Below, piece after piece: positions 42,701 to 53,606 of a stretch of DNA of 64,000 nucleotides. Origin of the DNA: Saccostrea echinata (Eukaryota); the NCBI RefSeq assembly GCF_033153115.1, contig NW_026889779.1, positions 1,860,001 to 1,924,000 on the forward strand. Direction: 5' to 3'. Below the pieces are notes generated by a model. That model saw only the letters and a program-made list of their open reading frames with translations. It had not been told where the DNA came from and made no database searches. The translations under genes were made by a program, and so were the position numbers. The stretch's first letter is position 1. Each line of letters begins with the position of its first letter.

Positions 42701-45047
42701 TAAAAACTCATGATTTATTGTTTATTCTATAGAAAGAAAAGATGATGCTAACTGAATGTGAAAAAAAAATATTGATGTACCTCAAGCGGATTTAATTTTA
42801 TGGCACTAGTCCACAAACTTTTTGATAACCCCTCATATATATACATTATAAACATTTCAGATAGACAAGTATTTTTAAAGATTGTTTTGATGACCGTTGT
42901 ATTTTTAGTGACCTGGAGTGACAAAGTGACCTTGGATGATGAGAACGATGATGGTGACCTGTCTGATCATCTGGAAGAAGTCAAGAAAACTCCGATTGTG
43001 GAAGATGATGGACTCAGTCCCCGAATTGAGCTTGACCAGCATGAGGAAAACAAGGTCTTCATCTCTCATCGTGAAAATGACCAAGCCAGTTTCAGTCGGG
43101 TAAGTAAATATTTGCTTCCTCTAAACAACCAAGCAAACATCCATCAGTAAGTGTGGATCTCTTCTATGGGATAAGGTACTGTAGATTCCTTATTTTACGT
43201 GAGTACTTAATATCGCGAAATGGCTAAAGGGCGTCAAATCGCGAGAAAAATAATTCGCGAATGGGTGATTTATCTAGAGATTTTACATACATTAAAGCAC
43301 CATAAAAATAAAAGTGAGTAATTTTATTTCGTGAGTGGTGCTTCTTGCGTAATTACGTGATAATTTATTCCTCGCGTATTTTTAGGAATCTACAGTAATC
43401 TCTTAAAAGTCCAAGCTTATTCAAGTTAGATACTGTAAACCAACTATTATTCGTGTCATCTTTTATTCGCGATTCGTCCGATTGAAATCAGTCCAAGACG
43501 ATTGATTTTTGCGACTTGGGAAACATTCTCAAAAAAATACAAAGCAAAATGAATGGTTCGCGGCGATTAATATTCGCAAGTTGGAGTACATTGCAAAACT
43601 CACGAATATTTCTCACATGCAAAACAAAGTTGGTTTACAGTAATTAGATGTGAATCTCTTCAAAATGAACAGGTAAGTAGATGCATGTATCTTTTCTAAA
43701 CAACCAAACCAGCTTCAGTCAGGTAGGTATTTACCACTATCTTCTTACCTTCCCAGCTTCAGTTGGGTAAGTAAATGAGAATCTCTTCTCTTTTACTGTC
43801 AGCTTTTAAGATACCAAATCAATATGTTGACCTGAGTAAAATTTAAAAAATTTTATTGCATCCAATATGTATTTGATGAGGAAGATTTCTGCACTTCATT
43901 TTGATTAATTTGAACATCTGTTCAATGGAGTTTCATTTTCTTATTTAAAGAACTGTGAACGATAGTATTGTTCTCCCGCCTACCTCCAGGTCAATTTTCA
44001 AAAGTTAATATATTTGAATGATTTTTCATTTCTATATAGATATTTATATGAATTTTCATAAAACATTACTTTTTTGGGAAAACAAAGAGAGATAACTCTG
44101 TAATATGGGTAAAACTTGTGTTTTCACCATAGAAATCAACGGAAAATGGAAAATATTTTTAAAACATCCCCCCCCCCCCCCTTGAAACAAAAATTCCTTT
44201 TTATAGGTAATATGGACTGTCATTTCACAAAATCATACCAAAGCTTTTTGTGTTTCAGGGAGGGGGGGGGGGGGGGGGACATACGTTTAAAGACAAAAAA
44301 CTACAAAAATGCTTATTTTTTCATCAATATCAAAGGGGTTTACAACTAAAACATTGTATTTTGTTAATAATAAACGTTTAATTTTATATGAGTAAAACAT
44401 AAGAAAAGTTTTAAGGAACATTTATTCATATACAGTAATATTTTAAAATGTGGTGATGCTTTAAAGCCCGATTTCAATGAAAAATATCGTCCCCCCCCCC
44501 AACCCCCCTTATTCAAAGAGGTGGAATTTGGGGTAATTAACTATTTAACACTGGTATTAAAATTATCAGTCAATTACCATGGAACTGTTCTTTGCATTCA
44601 ACAAAGATTTTATGGCCAAATTGCCATTAGTAATTTATTAAATGGGTGTAAAATGTAGGTGGGAATCAAGAGTTAGCGTGCGTAGTTCTTCATTCTTTAA
44701 AAAAAATATCTGGAGAAAATTAGCAAACCAAAAAGATGAAAAGGTGATGATTTATTTATTTATCAGTTTTTTGGTTTTGTTTTTAGGGAAGTTATTCTTC
44801 ACAAGTTGCAACTTCCACAAGCAGTGTTTTCGGAATTGCCATCGGAAGTGTAGCAGTATTTGTCATTATTATTGTTGCTATTGTCATGTTGCGGAAGCGC
44901 TCCCATAGACACGCAGTCACTCATGGATTTGCTGAAATGGATCCAGCAGCCTCGCCAGAAGAACGTCATGTGGCTAAAATGCAGATGAATGGTTATGAAA
45001 ATCCTACCTACAAATACTTTGAACTGAATACCAATGTCAAGAAATAA
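24735..45047 (+). CDS. APP: Amyloid-beta precursor protein family member (APP/APPL/APL-1-like), ~600 aa, 11 exons
   Basis: Exons with consistent phase: 24735-24809 (signal peptide), 31887-32054, 33766-33883, 34453-34665, 38451-38647, 39158-39253, 40204-40362, 40724-40952, 41133-41228, 42909-43099, 44787-45047 (1803 nt). E1 motifs EILQYCQK, PYRC, FESDALLVP, FAGVEYVCCP. E2 motifs MKEW, YIRVEEKDRLHSLNHF. TM followed by SPEERHVAKMQMNGYENPTYKYFE. Confidence 0.96.
26483..27330. mobile_element. Non-autonomous DNA transposon with GGCC TIRs and a TAA TSD (Zator/PIF-Harbinger-like)
   Basis: taa|ggccacaccaat...ttgttcgtcggac ... gtccgacgaacaa...tagtgtggcc|taa. Confidence 0.85.
27997..29237. mobile_element. 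Tc1/mariner-pogo-type MITE with a TA TSD
   Basis: ta|cagtggcgcctcgttaatccggac ... gtccggattaccgcggcgccactg|ta, with repeated subterminal tccgga motifs. Confidence 0.88.
29355..29552. mobile_element. Short CAGGG-type MITE
   Basis: cagggctttc...gaaaggcctg. Flanks gtatat/atatat. Confidence 0.5.
30581..31588. mobile_element. Non-autonomous DNA transposon with GGCC TIRs and a 3-bp TSD
   Basis: ttg|ggcca...ttagattctcatcc ... ggatgagaatctaa...tggcc|ttg. Confidence 0.8.
41735..42463 (-). mobile_element. HINE-type element, reverse orientation, with internal tandem repeats
   Basis: Repeats of gaccttgacctaggagtttgacctac...aaaactttaaccttggccataac. Ends gggggcatcagtgttcacaaacacatcttgtt. Confidence 0.6.
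43179..43395. mobile_element. MITE, TA TSD
   Basis: ta|ctgtagattcct ... aggaatctacag|ta. Confidence 0.8.
43433..43640. mobile_element. MITE, TA TSD
   Basis: ta|ctgtaaaccaact ... agttggtttacag|ta. Confidence 0.8.
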
Positions 45048-46435
45048 AAACCTCAGAAACTGTTCCAAAAACTTACAAATTTATAAACAAATTCATTCCA
45101 CTGAGTGTAACTCTTATTTGCAGGGTGAAGCCTTAACTGTTGTAAACAAAAACTGTGATTTCATTGATAACATGGTGATTGTATGAAATTTGGATAACAT
45201 ACTCATTACAAAGTAAATAACAGGTTATAATCTACAAAATTAAAAGACAAGGTAGTGATTGTACAGATGTATTTATTATACAGTGTTTGTATATAACACC
45301 ACTTTGCATTATATGTGTCCCTAATCATTCTTTGTTAATGTAGAATATCATTGTAAATGGAACTTTTTGTAGCATTTGAATGATTCTGTACTGTAGCCAC
45401 TGTACCACTACTTATAAACCATGTAAGTATTTGTAACTATACCATTTATTCATTTGTGTTGTCCTGAAGTGGAAACCATTCCATACCGAGATGTGGAGAT
45501 TTAGAGTCTCACAAAGATCCCCTAAAGCAATAATTGAGAACAAGAATCATGGGGAAGAAAGAATTAAGTTAGTAATCATCAATTAGAATTGTAGGGTTGG
45601 GATAAAGAATGCACACCAATTCATAACCTTGATAATATTGGAACTGTGTATTGACTGCTTTTTTAGCTGATGGTGTTTTATTGTTTTATATTTTTAAAAT
45701 GTCTTCATAAGATGATATGAATTTCATGATACATGTCTAACATTTTTATGTGCAGTTGTTGTGAAATGCTTTTTTGTTATATTTGCAGTTTTTAATTTTT
45801 TAATTTTTTTTTTTTCGACACTTGAGCAGGCATTATTTTTTTTTTTTAGACAAGATTTATATATTTATGATTGCATAATTAGGGAATCCAAAATTTAATC
45901 AAATGAAAATGTACTTACAATTTTTTTAACTTTCTTAATTATATAAAATTCAAAGAATTGTAGTCAAAACCAAAGACGTAGCTTAAAATCACATACCTTA
46001 CTCAATGTATTCGCCATTCAAATATGAGCTTGCTTTGGCATATACTAGTTAAACAAATTTCTATAAGAAAAACTCTCATTGATGTTATAGTCTCTTTCTT
46101 TTAGTATAAACTGCTGCTCTGATCACTCTGTTTAATATATTGTGATCCCATTGAGGTAGTTTGTAGAGAAAATTCGGATTGCATTCTTTTCTAGAAATTA
46201 TCTCTGTACTGTGTGGAAGAGATTATGATCATCATGCTGCTAAATTTTGTATGAGTGTACAAGCTTTCTTTACCAGAAGATTCCATCTTTTCTGCCTTTT
46301 CCTTCCAGTAAACCAAGTCTGAACCTCTCTTCCTCTACCAAGAAATCTGTTCTTTGAAAACTTCCCGGCCAGTAGCTTGATGGTTGTATTGTGACTTCAT
46401 TATATGTTTAATACTGTGACCTCTATCATTTTATA

Positions 46436-46441
46436 AATAAA
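46436..46441 (+). terminator. Likely APP polyadenylation signal (3' UTR ~1.4 kb)
   Basis: AATAAA followed by a U-rich downstream tract. Confidence 0.5.
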
Positions 46442-46836
46442 ACTGTACACTCATTTCTTATTTAGTCATTTTATTTTGTTATGGTTACTCACAAATGATT
46501 TAAAATCCTGATGGTTTTGCAAACACTCGCTCGTTTCACATGAAACATTATGTCCATGTTAATCTGCCAAGTTTTAAGGTACTGATCTGTGAATTTGGAA
46601 ACCATTTTAGTGCCAAGATGATTTATTTTCAAGGCTAACTCAACAGTAATGTGATTTGTCCCATTGGAAGGATATGCTGGTACATGTAGATGTACAGGAA
46701 AGTACTGCTTGTCAGTTTTCTTCTGGATTGTTGAATGTGTTCAAACTGAAGTAAAGAAGAGTATAGGTTATGAAAATGTATTTTTGAATAAAAAACAAAA
46801 ATATTTTTTAGCCAATAAATATTGTAAGGAAAGTGT

Positions 46837-46904
46837 TTAAAAGGTAAACCTTTGAAGCTGGCGGAAATGGTCATGTTCTTCCTCGGTGGTGAAGTTGTCA
46901 AACC
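46837..46904 (-). CDS. Putative terminal coding exon of an unidentified convergent gene (xFDNFTTEEEHDHFRQLQRFTF*)
   Basis: Strong pyrimidine tract ending cctgcacag|. Stop TAA. AATAAA on the - strand at 46622-46627. Confidence 0.45.
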
Positions 46905-47699
46905 CTGTGCAGGAAGAGAAAAAGGAGAAAATAAGTTCTCTTCCTAAGAACAGCATGTATGAAAACGTGTTGCATTTATATTCTTCAAATTAATTTTATT
47001 ATATACTAAAAAGGTGCTTTGAAGTTCTAGTGGACTTTTCTTAACGATTCGAAGTATCTCGCTGTACAGATCTCATCTGTGTAGAAGTCTTTTTACATCG
47101 ACATTGTTTCTATACGATAACGATCATCAAATGTATGCAACTATACAACGCCAGAAGAAAAAGTAACCTCAATTGCACAGATAAGTGCATTACGAACAAA
47201 CAATGGTGAAATAAAAATGTAAACGGTAAGACAACACAAGAATGCCACACGTTGGCCATGACTTCCAGTTTGCAATCAGGTGTAACGAATGTGAAGGGTA
47301 TATACCCAGAGATGATATATGAGATGGGAAAAAAATGTATGCAATTTACGAGTCGTGTTAAGCTTTAATAAAAGATTAAAAAAAAAAACAAAAAAAAAAA
47401 CGGTAAGTGAAAATTGTGTCAAAAATGATATCAACTCGAAGAGAGGGAGAGCTCCTTATTATGCAGGACTACGTGGAAGCATTTCAAAAATGAAATGTCC
47501 TCAGTACTTACCATGATAATGAACGCAATAATGCAGTATTACCAGATAAGCTAAAACGGGAAAATCAATACGTGTACTCAGATATCTAAAACATCAAAAT
47601 TTATATCGAAGCATAGCTTTGATTTACCTACACATCTCAAGGACATCTAGTAACCAATTTGCTTAAATCACTTAGTTTTTAATTCTATTCTGGAAATCC

Positions 47700-48575
47700 T
47701 ATTGATATTCCCACATTTTACTTTTCTAAGGATGAAATTCCTGAAAAACCACGCCCCAATTTTGATATTCCAAACAACGGAAGTGAAAAACGATTTACCC
47801 TACCTATACTGGATTCTAAAACTTCATGAAAGTCCTTACAAAGATACATGCAGGTTATCTGCTCTACCTAGCCCCTATTATTACTCCTCACAAAAATATT
47901 CACTGATCATGATGTAAAAGAGAAACTTCACACTCATTATGCTACAACATATTCATGAAGTGTAAATCAAATATGGATTTTCAAAAACTCCTACAAACTT
48001 TTAAACTTTTAAAAATTTTAAAATCGCAATTTTTTAAGACAGTTACATCAAAGCGTATGATTTTTCAACACTTTATACAAACATTCCTCACGATTAAATT
48101 AAAGATTAAACTTTCTTGAAGAAAAATGAAATTTAGGAATTTCTTCTCTTGTGACTGATTATTAGAAATTATAGTTAAAAATCATTTTGACATATATACC
48201 CTGAGTTTGATACTAAAAAGATGCCTGAGTACATCTGATAATATCTACTTAGTCTTTAGAGATCGTGTCTTCCAACATTCTGTTGGATTTTCACTGGGAA
48301 CTTATTGTGCGCCTTTAATAGAAGACCTGTTTTTATATTCCTGTGAAGCAGGCTTCATTCAAAACTTCCGCACGAGAACAAGAAAGATCCTGCTTTCAAC
48401 CCCACATTTAGATCTATCGACAAAGTTTTATCAATTAAATAAAGTTGTTTACTCCATGTATCACGGTGAACTCGAAATAAAAGACACTACAGAGTTCGCA
48501 ACATCTGTTTCACATTTGGATGATAGACGATAATGGCCAACTAACAATTGAACTATATGACAAACGAGATGATCA
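47700..48575 (+). pseudogene. Degenerate Penelope-like element reverse transcriptase
   Basis: Frameshifted motifs LPYLYW.LKLH.SPYK, YDFSTLYTNIPH, F.Q..G...GT.CAPLI.DLFLY..E, ELEIKDTT, LYDKRDD. Confidence 0.75.
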
Positions 48576-48699
48576 CTTTTCTATGAAATGTGAAGAAAAC
48601 GAACAGTAACCATGTTGTAAAGTCCAATAAAACAACACAAGTCGTGAGGAGAGTAAACACGAACTTCTGAAAACATTAGAGGTGGGATCATCTGCCATG

Positions 48700-49745
48700 G
48701 AGGGAAGGAGTAAGCATCCCCTGTCGAGTAAGCATCCCCTGCTGTGTGCCTTTTGTCATGACCGGGTAAACGGGGAAATCCAAAGTCAATTAAATATGGA
48801 AAAAAAATGGCCTAACAATATTTATATGAAAGACTTCAGTCAACATTCGACCTAAGAACAACATGGTCATTGTTTCGACCATAGAATTTTCGAAATGTTG
48901 ACTGTAAATGGGATTGTAGATACCCTTTTATCATCAACTTACTTGTCAGCATTCTGCCTTGGTTTAGAAGTTGAGCTCCTGTATCAAATCAGTTTGGAGA
49001 AATAAGCCCCATATGCAGGTGGCAATGGTATTTTGCTTCATCAATAGGGGAAGTTGACGATAGAAAAGTTGAAGTTCACGTTTATCATAAAATTTAGTTG
49101 TTAGTTTTCTAGTCAAATATCCAAATATGAAGCAGATGTGCAAGACCCCGCAGGATCTCGTTTATTTCAAATTCAATTGGATATATCGAATCAGCGTATT
49201 TAAAAAAAATGAGGAGACAGAATTGTTCATTAATTATGTATTATAAACGTTCACCGATATATCTTAATGTCCAGTTGATTGACTGTATGTTGTTTAACGT
49301 CCCATTCAAGATTTTTTTCACTCATAAAGTGAGTCCCGTATGCCGGTGAAGGGCTTAAAATTTAGACCTATACTCTGACTTACAGCCATTGAGCAGTAAG
49401 TACTAATATTCTTTTTATCATGCCAACACCTACCGTGACCTGGGACCTCGATCGGTTTATAAGGTCTCATCCGAAAAACCCTAACTTTCACTTCTAATGC
49501 CGGACGCTTGGCGAAGGAACAATCACAACCTATGTTAATGTCTTAGGTTTGACGCGGCGCTGGGAACGAGAATCAAACACGGTACTTCCCGATCACACAG
49601 CATACCTACCACTAGGATAATGCGGCCGGTTATGTTGAATTGAAGGCTTTTCTTTTCATGTAAAGTTTTTGAATTAATTCTCATACAAAAATGGGTCCGC
49701 CAGTAATGGGGCACAATTAGACCCATAAGAATTCTAACACATTTC
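48700..49745 (-). pseudogene. Second degenerate Penelope-like RT fragment, inverted and interrupted by a SINE
   Basis: The - strand gives MG.NCAPLLADPFLYE (49720-49680), RYIGERL (~49260), IYPIEFEINE (~49185) and FNFSIVNFP (~49060). Confidence 0.6.
49280..49630 (-). mobile_element. tRNA-derived SINE
   Basis: tRNA-like head on the - strand (ctagtggtag...gtttgattc) and an (AAC)-type tail. A tail fragment of the same family lies at ~15485-15565. Confidence 0.6.
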
Positions 49746-50449
49746 TTGAAAACCTTGCCCAAGGGTCATGAAGCAGCCTTAGACTTCAGTCAAAATTTCA
49801 GTTATTCATATTGATAGGAACTGATTTTTGAAAATTAAAATTAACAGCATGAAAGAGAATTAATAACATTTCAAACTTCATGTGATTTCTATCATAAATA
49901 TCTAAGATAATTTACAAATTCTGGCTTAAGTCTAAGACTGCCTAATGATCCTAGGGCCTGATCTCCAAAGACTAGATAAATGTTGTCAATGAGGAACTAA
50001 AAAAAAATTTTAATATTAGCTTTAGAGTACTTGTGCGTAGAATCAGGATGTTCTTTTCAAACTGCTGACAATACAACTTACGTTATTTAGATATATCAAA
50101 GGAAAAATTAAGAGATTGAGCAAGAAAAAGGGCAAAACTATCTATTATGTACAAACGCTTCAACAATGGTTTTCTACATTTCTTTTGTGAAATGAATATG
50201 GGACCAACAATAGGAACTTTCAACATAACATCACCGACTTTTGCAGATTGTTAGAAAAATCCCTTTCAAACGTGCAATGGCTTACACCCACAGTAAATGA
50301 ACATACAATGAGATGGAATGACATTTGGGTGGATCAGGTAGTCCATTTAGGAACACAGCCAAATTGAGACAATGTCCATGATATATACAGAGAGAGAGAG
50401 AGAGAGAGAAAGCACAAAGAAATTCACATTTTATAAGGATACCCACTTC

Positions 50450-50540
50450 CGCCTCCGCCCGGGGTTGAACTCTCGACCTACGGAATCTGTCTCCTAGCAG
50501 TACGTACAGGAACAGCGCGCGACCGCTCGGCTATCTAGGC
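50450..50540 (-). pseudogene. tRNA-Tyr(GTA)-like pseudogene or SINE head retaining an intron-like insert
   Basis: GCCTAGATAGCCGAGCGGT (A box) ... CTGTA + ~17-nt insert + GATTCCGTAGGTCG..GTTCAACCC (B box) ...GGAGGC. Stems imperfect. Confidence 0.5.
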
Positions 50541-51475
50541 AAGTCTTAAAACTTGCTTTCGATGCCGATGGAATTCTCGCGGCGCCGCCCTACACTTCAC
50601 AATCATTGAGAATGGAAATGAGATACACTTATATATTTAAACATTAGTTTTATTAGAGGATCGTTACCGATACACATAGACAGGAAAACTGACAGAAAAC
50701 AAGTAGACTTAGAACAAAGAAAGAACTTTAGGATGCTACAGTTACTACCAGATATTACAGTAATATCAACAGCATACTTATTATAGGAAAAAAATACTAA
50801 AAGAAATAATGATAGATAAACGATATCTCTCAGCTTTTCATAGAATAGTAGCAAACCAAGAAACATCAGGTCTCTATCATACAACTTAAATTGATAAATT
50901 AACAAAGCTGGTTTATCAAATTGAATAAAATTTTAATCAAATATGGCTTACCAACAGCTCTAGAAACACTAAACTACATCAAGAACAAACAAAAACAAAG
51001 CAACACAAGCGATAGCATTTTACAAGCACCAGAGCTTCGTAGGCAGAAGGATAAAACGTACGCTCAACTAGGACCTTAGGTCACCGGCTCAGTTCACAAC
51101 TATCAAACCTGTTTACTCCGCGACAAAATGTAGTGCACTGCAACCTAAAGTGAAAATAGAATAAATCGCACTACTGTGAAGCTTTTACAGTGTAAAACAA
51201 CAAACAGAAAATCTATTTTTGTCAAAGGAATAATCATCTGATATGAGGAAAGATACAGAGGGAGCAACATTGACTGCAATATATTGTAAAATATGTTATA
51301 CAGCAATGGATTACGTAGGGTGACCTGTGGTCTCCCTAATGATATTATTATTCCATGTAAGGCAACAGTATCTATTTAAGACAGTACCTAACCTCTGATC
51401 TCCTTATTAATATATCAGGGTAGGCGACCTCCTGTCTCCACATTCGCACATCCAACAGGCAGGGGGAGGAGGTAC

Positions 51476-52036
51476 TGTAGTGTTTTTTTATTTCATAATA
51501 TACGATTTTCTATTTGAGTAGACTTAAGTAGTTAACTTTTATACTTAGAGTAAATTTTTGTTTATCGCTAGCTATAGGTAGCCTAATGGCGCCCTAATAA
51601 CATTGGGTGTCTTAGAGGCCTAATCATGTTAGGTGGTAAGAGGCCCTATAACTTGGTGCCCGACACCTAATGGTGGCCTAATCATGTTAGGTAGTAGGAG
51701 GCCCTATTATTTGGGTGCCTAATAGAAGCCTAATGGATGCCTAATAGAAGCCTAACTATATTGGGCTGTCGACAGGTATATATACAGGGTGAGAGAATAT
51801 GTGCGGCAGGCACTTCTCCCCTATTTCTTGATTTACTATGATGTTATGTTGATGTAAATTTCCATAATACAATTCGTTCTACAAAAGCAAAGTGTTGTTC
51901 TTATTGATCTATAAAGATCTCAAAATCCTACGCATGTGTTGCGAATAGCACAGGATCCACATAATTTTGTGACTTGTCTGGGGTTTAAGCAGATTTGGAT
52001 ATAATCACAAGCTACATTACCCTCAGTTGCGTTACA
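51476..52036 (+). repeat. 5' LTR (561 bp)
   Basis: tgtagtg...gcgttaca. TATA-like sequence at 51777. Confidence 0.97.
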
Positions 52037-52038
52037 AT

Positions 52039-52056
52039 TGGTGGCAGCGGTGGGAT
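52039..52056 (+). promoter_or_regulatory. Primer-binding site, tRNA-Leu
   Basis: TGGTGGCAGCGGTGGGAT is the reverse complement of ATCCCACCGCTGCCACCA, the 3' end of eukaryotic tRNA-Leu(AAG/UAG). Confidence 0.88.
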
Positions 52057-52106
52057 CCAGTGAAATTATTCAAGTGCTATATTGGATTAAGCCTACACTG
52101 AGCAGG

Positions 52107-53552
52107 ATGGAAACACCAATGATAAGGAGAAGGATAACGCCGAGAAAGGTAGAACAAGATTTTGAAAGTCATTTGAATGACTCTGGAATTGGGAACTCAC
52201 CAGGGTTTGAGGGAGATGCACTACCCACAGGTCGAGTTGGGCCAGGCACACCTGATTTTCAGGACTGCAGGCCCACAAGTAGCTCGCAGGGTTGCTCTCC
52301 TGTAAAATCCGAGTTTCCTATGAGTATCTATAGAGAGAGGAGTGAGTCTAGACCGAGCTTAAAGAGAATCCTTTTCATTTGGTTTCTTTTTGCTTTGGTT
52401 GTGTGTTGTTTAATGTACATAGCCTGGACCTATTTTCCATTTAAAGAGATTGTTCAGCGATCTTATGAACACGCAACAATCTCTCTCGCATCCGCCGTGA
52501 GTGTAATACTGTTACTGATCATAACAGTATCATGGAAAAATGGGGGAACAAGCTCTGAAGCTGATGACCAGGTAAAAGAAATTTATCAGGGATCGAACTT
52601 TGGCTATTTTGGTGGCGAGGCATCTAACAGCCCAAAAGGTACCTATCAGGAACCTAATGTGGTTGGGCATCTGAGGCCTAATGCCCCTAATGTGGGTCAA
52701 GGTTCTTCTCTTGGTATAGGGCATAACTTAGAACTGCCGCTTGCTGATGCAACTCCTGTTAGCGGTCCAGTTAAAAGGACCCAGGATGAGATGGGCTCAC
52801 GGGTAAATGAATATCCAGTTAGGAGGACTTTTTCAGGAACAAACAATGATGTTTGGAATGAATTTTATCAATATTTTGAAAATATTGCTGAGCTGAACTC
52901 ATGGGGACCAGAGAAGTCTCGTCGAGTGCTGTTGAGTACACTGCGGGGCCAAGCAGAGAGTTACGCCTATGGGATACCCCTTGCAACTCAAAGGGACTAT
53001 GAACAGCTTAAACAAAAGATGGAGCAGCGATTTGGCCATTCGGCTATGAAGGAACGCTATATAGCTGATGCTAAACTAAGAAAGCGACAATCTGGAGAGT
53101 CCTTGAGGGATTTTGGACAAGCGATTGAAGACCTTTACAGGAGGGCTTATCCAGAAAACCCTGACATAGTTGAAGAAAATGCCATTAAGTCATTTTTGGA
53201 CAAATGTGGACAGTCTGAAGATTTTCGTCTGGCAGTGAAGAGGACCAGGCCTAAGACACTGCAGGAAGCTGTGCTAAATGCTATGCAAGAGGAATGCTTG
53301 CGAGTAGGAGAAAGAGAATTGTCGAAGGACCACAAAGTCGTCCACCGACAGATATATGAAATTGGAACTGAGACGGGGGAGAGTAATTTTAAGGTAGCTA
53401 CCGGTACCGCCAAGCCCCCAAGCGCGGGTGAAGGATTCCCCGGTACCCAAGAAAATCTGAGAAACCCCGAAACTTGTAGATATGGAAGGCTAGGAGGAAG
53501 GGGACGCCCTTATTATCCTAAGCACCGAAATGTTCAAACAGGGATACAATAG
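52107..53552 (+). CDS. gag: Gag with two N-terminal transmembrane helices and a capsid domain
   Basis: First ATG at 52107. CA-like FSG...W..F...FE..A..N.W...L...L.G.A and MHR-like RQSGESLRDF. The natural end is probably 53616 (QDLN*), after a frameshift. Confidence 0.88.
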   Translation: METPMIRRRITPRKVEQDFESHLNDSGIGNSPGFEGDALPTGRVGPGTPDFQDCRPTSSSQGCSPVKSEFPMSIYRERSESRPSLKRILFIWFLFALVVCCLMYIAWTYFPFKEIVQRSYEHATISLASAVSVILLLIITVSWKNGGTSSEADDQVKEIYQGSNFGYFGGEASNSPKGTYQEPNVVGHLRPNAPNVGQGSSLGIGHNLELPLADATPVSGPVKRTQDEMGSRVNEYPVRRTFSGTNNDVWNEFYQYFENIAELNSWGPEKSRRVLLSTLRGQAESYAYGIPLATQRDYEQLKQKMEQRFGHSAMKERYIADAKLRKRQSGESLRDFGQAIEDLYRRAYPENPDIVEENAIKSFLDKCGQSEDFRLAVKRTRPKTLQEAVLNAMQEECLRVGERELSKDHKVVHRQIYEIGTETGESNFKVATGTAKPPSAGEGFPGTQENLRNPETCRYGRLGGRGRPYYPKHRNVQTGIQ

Positions 53553-53606
53553 GTACACAATTCCTCGCGAACCTGCGAATTGTGTTGATAAAGAGAAAAG
53601 GCAAGA

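Noticed and set aside
44787-44900. Amyloid-beta peptide
   Set aside because: The juxtamembrane sequence does not resemble vertebrate A-beta, as expected for invertebrate APPs.
52038-52106. ORF-track Gag start
   Set aside because: It is a TTG overlapping the PBS. The first ATG is at 52107.
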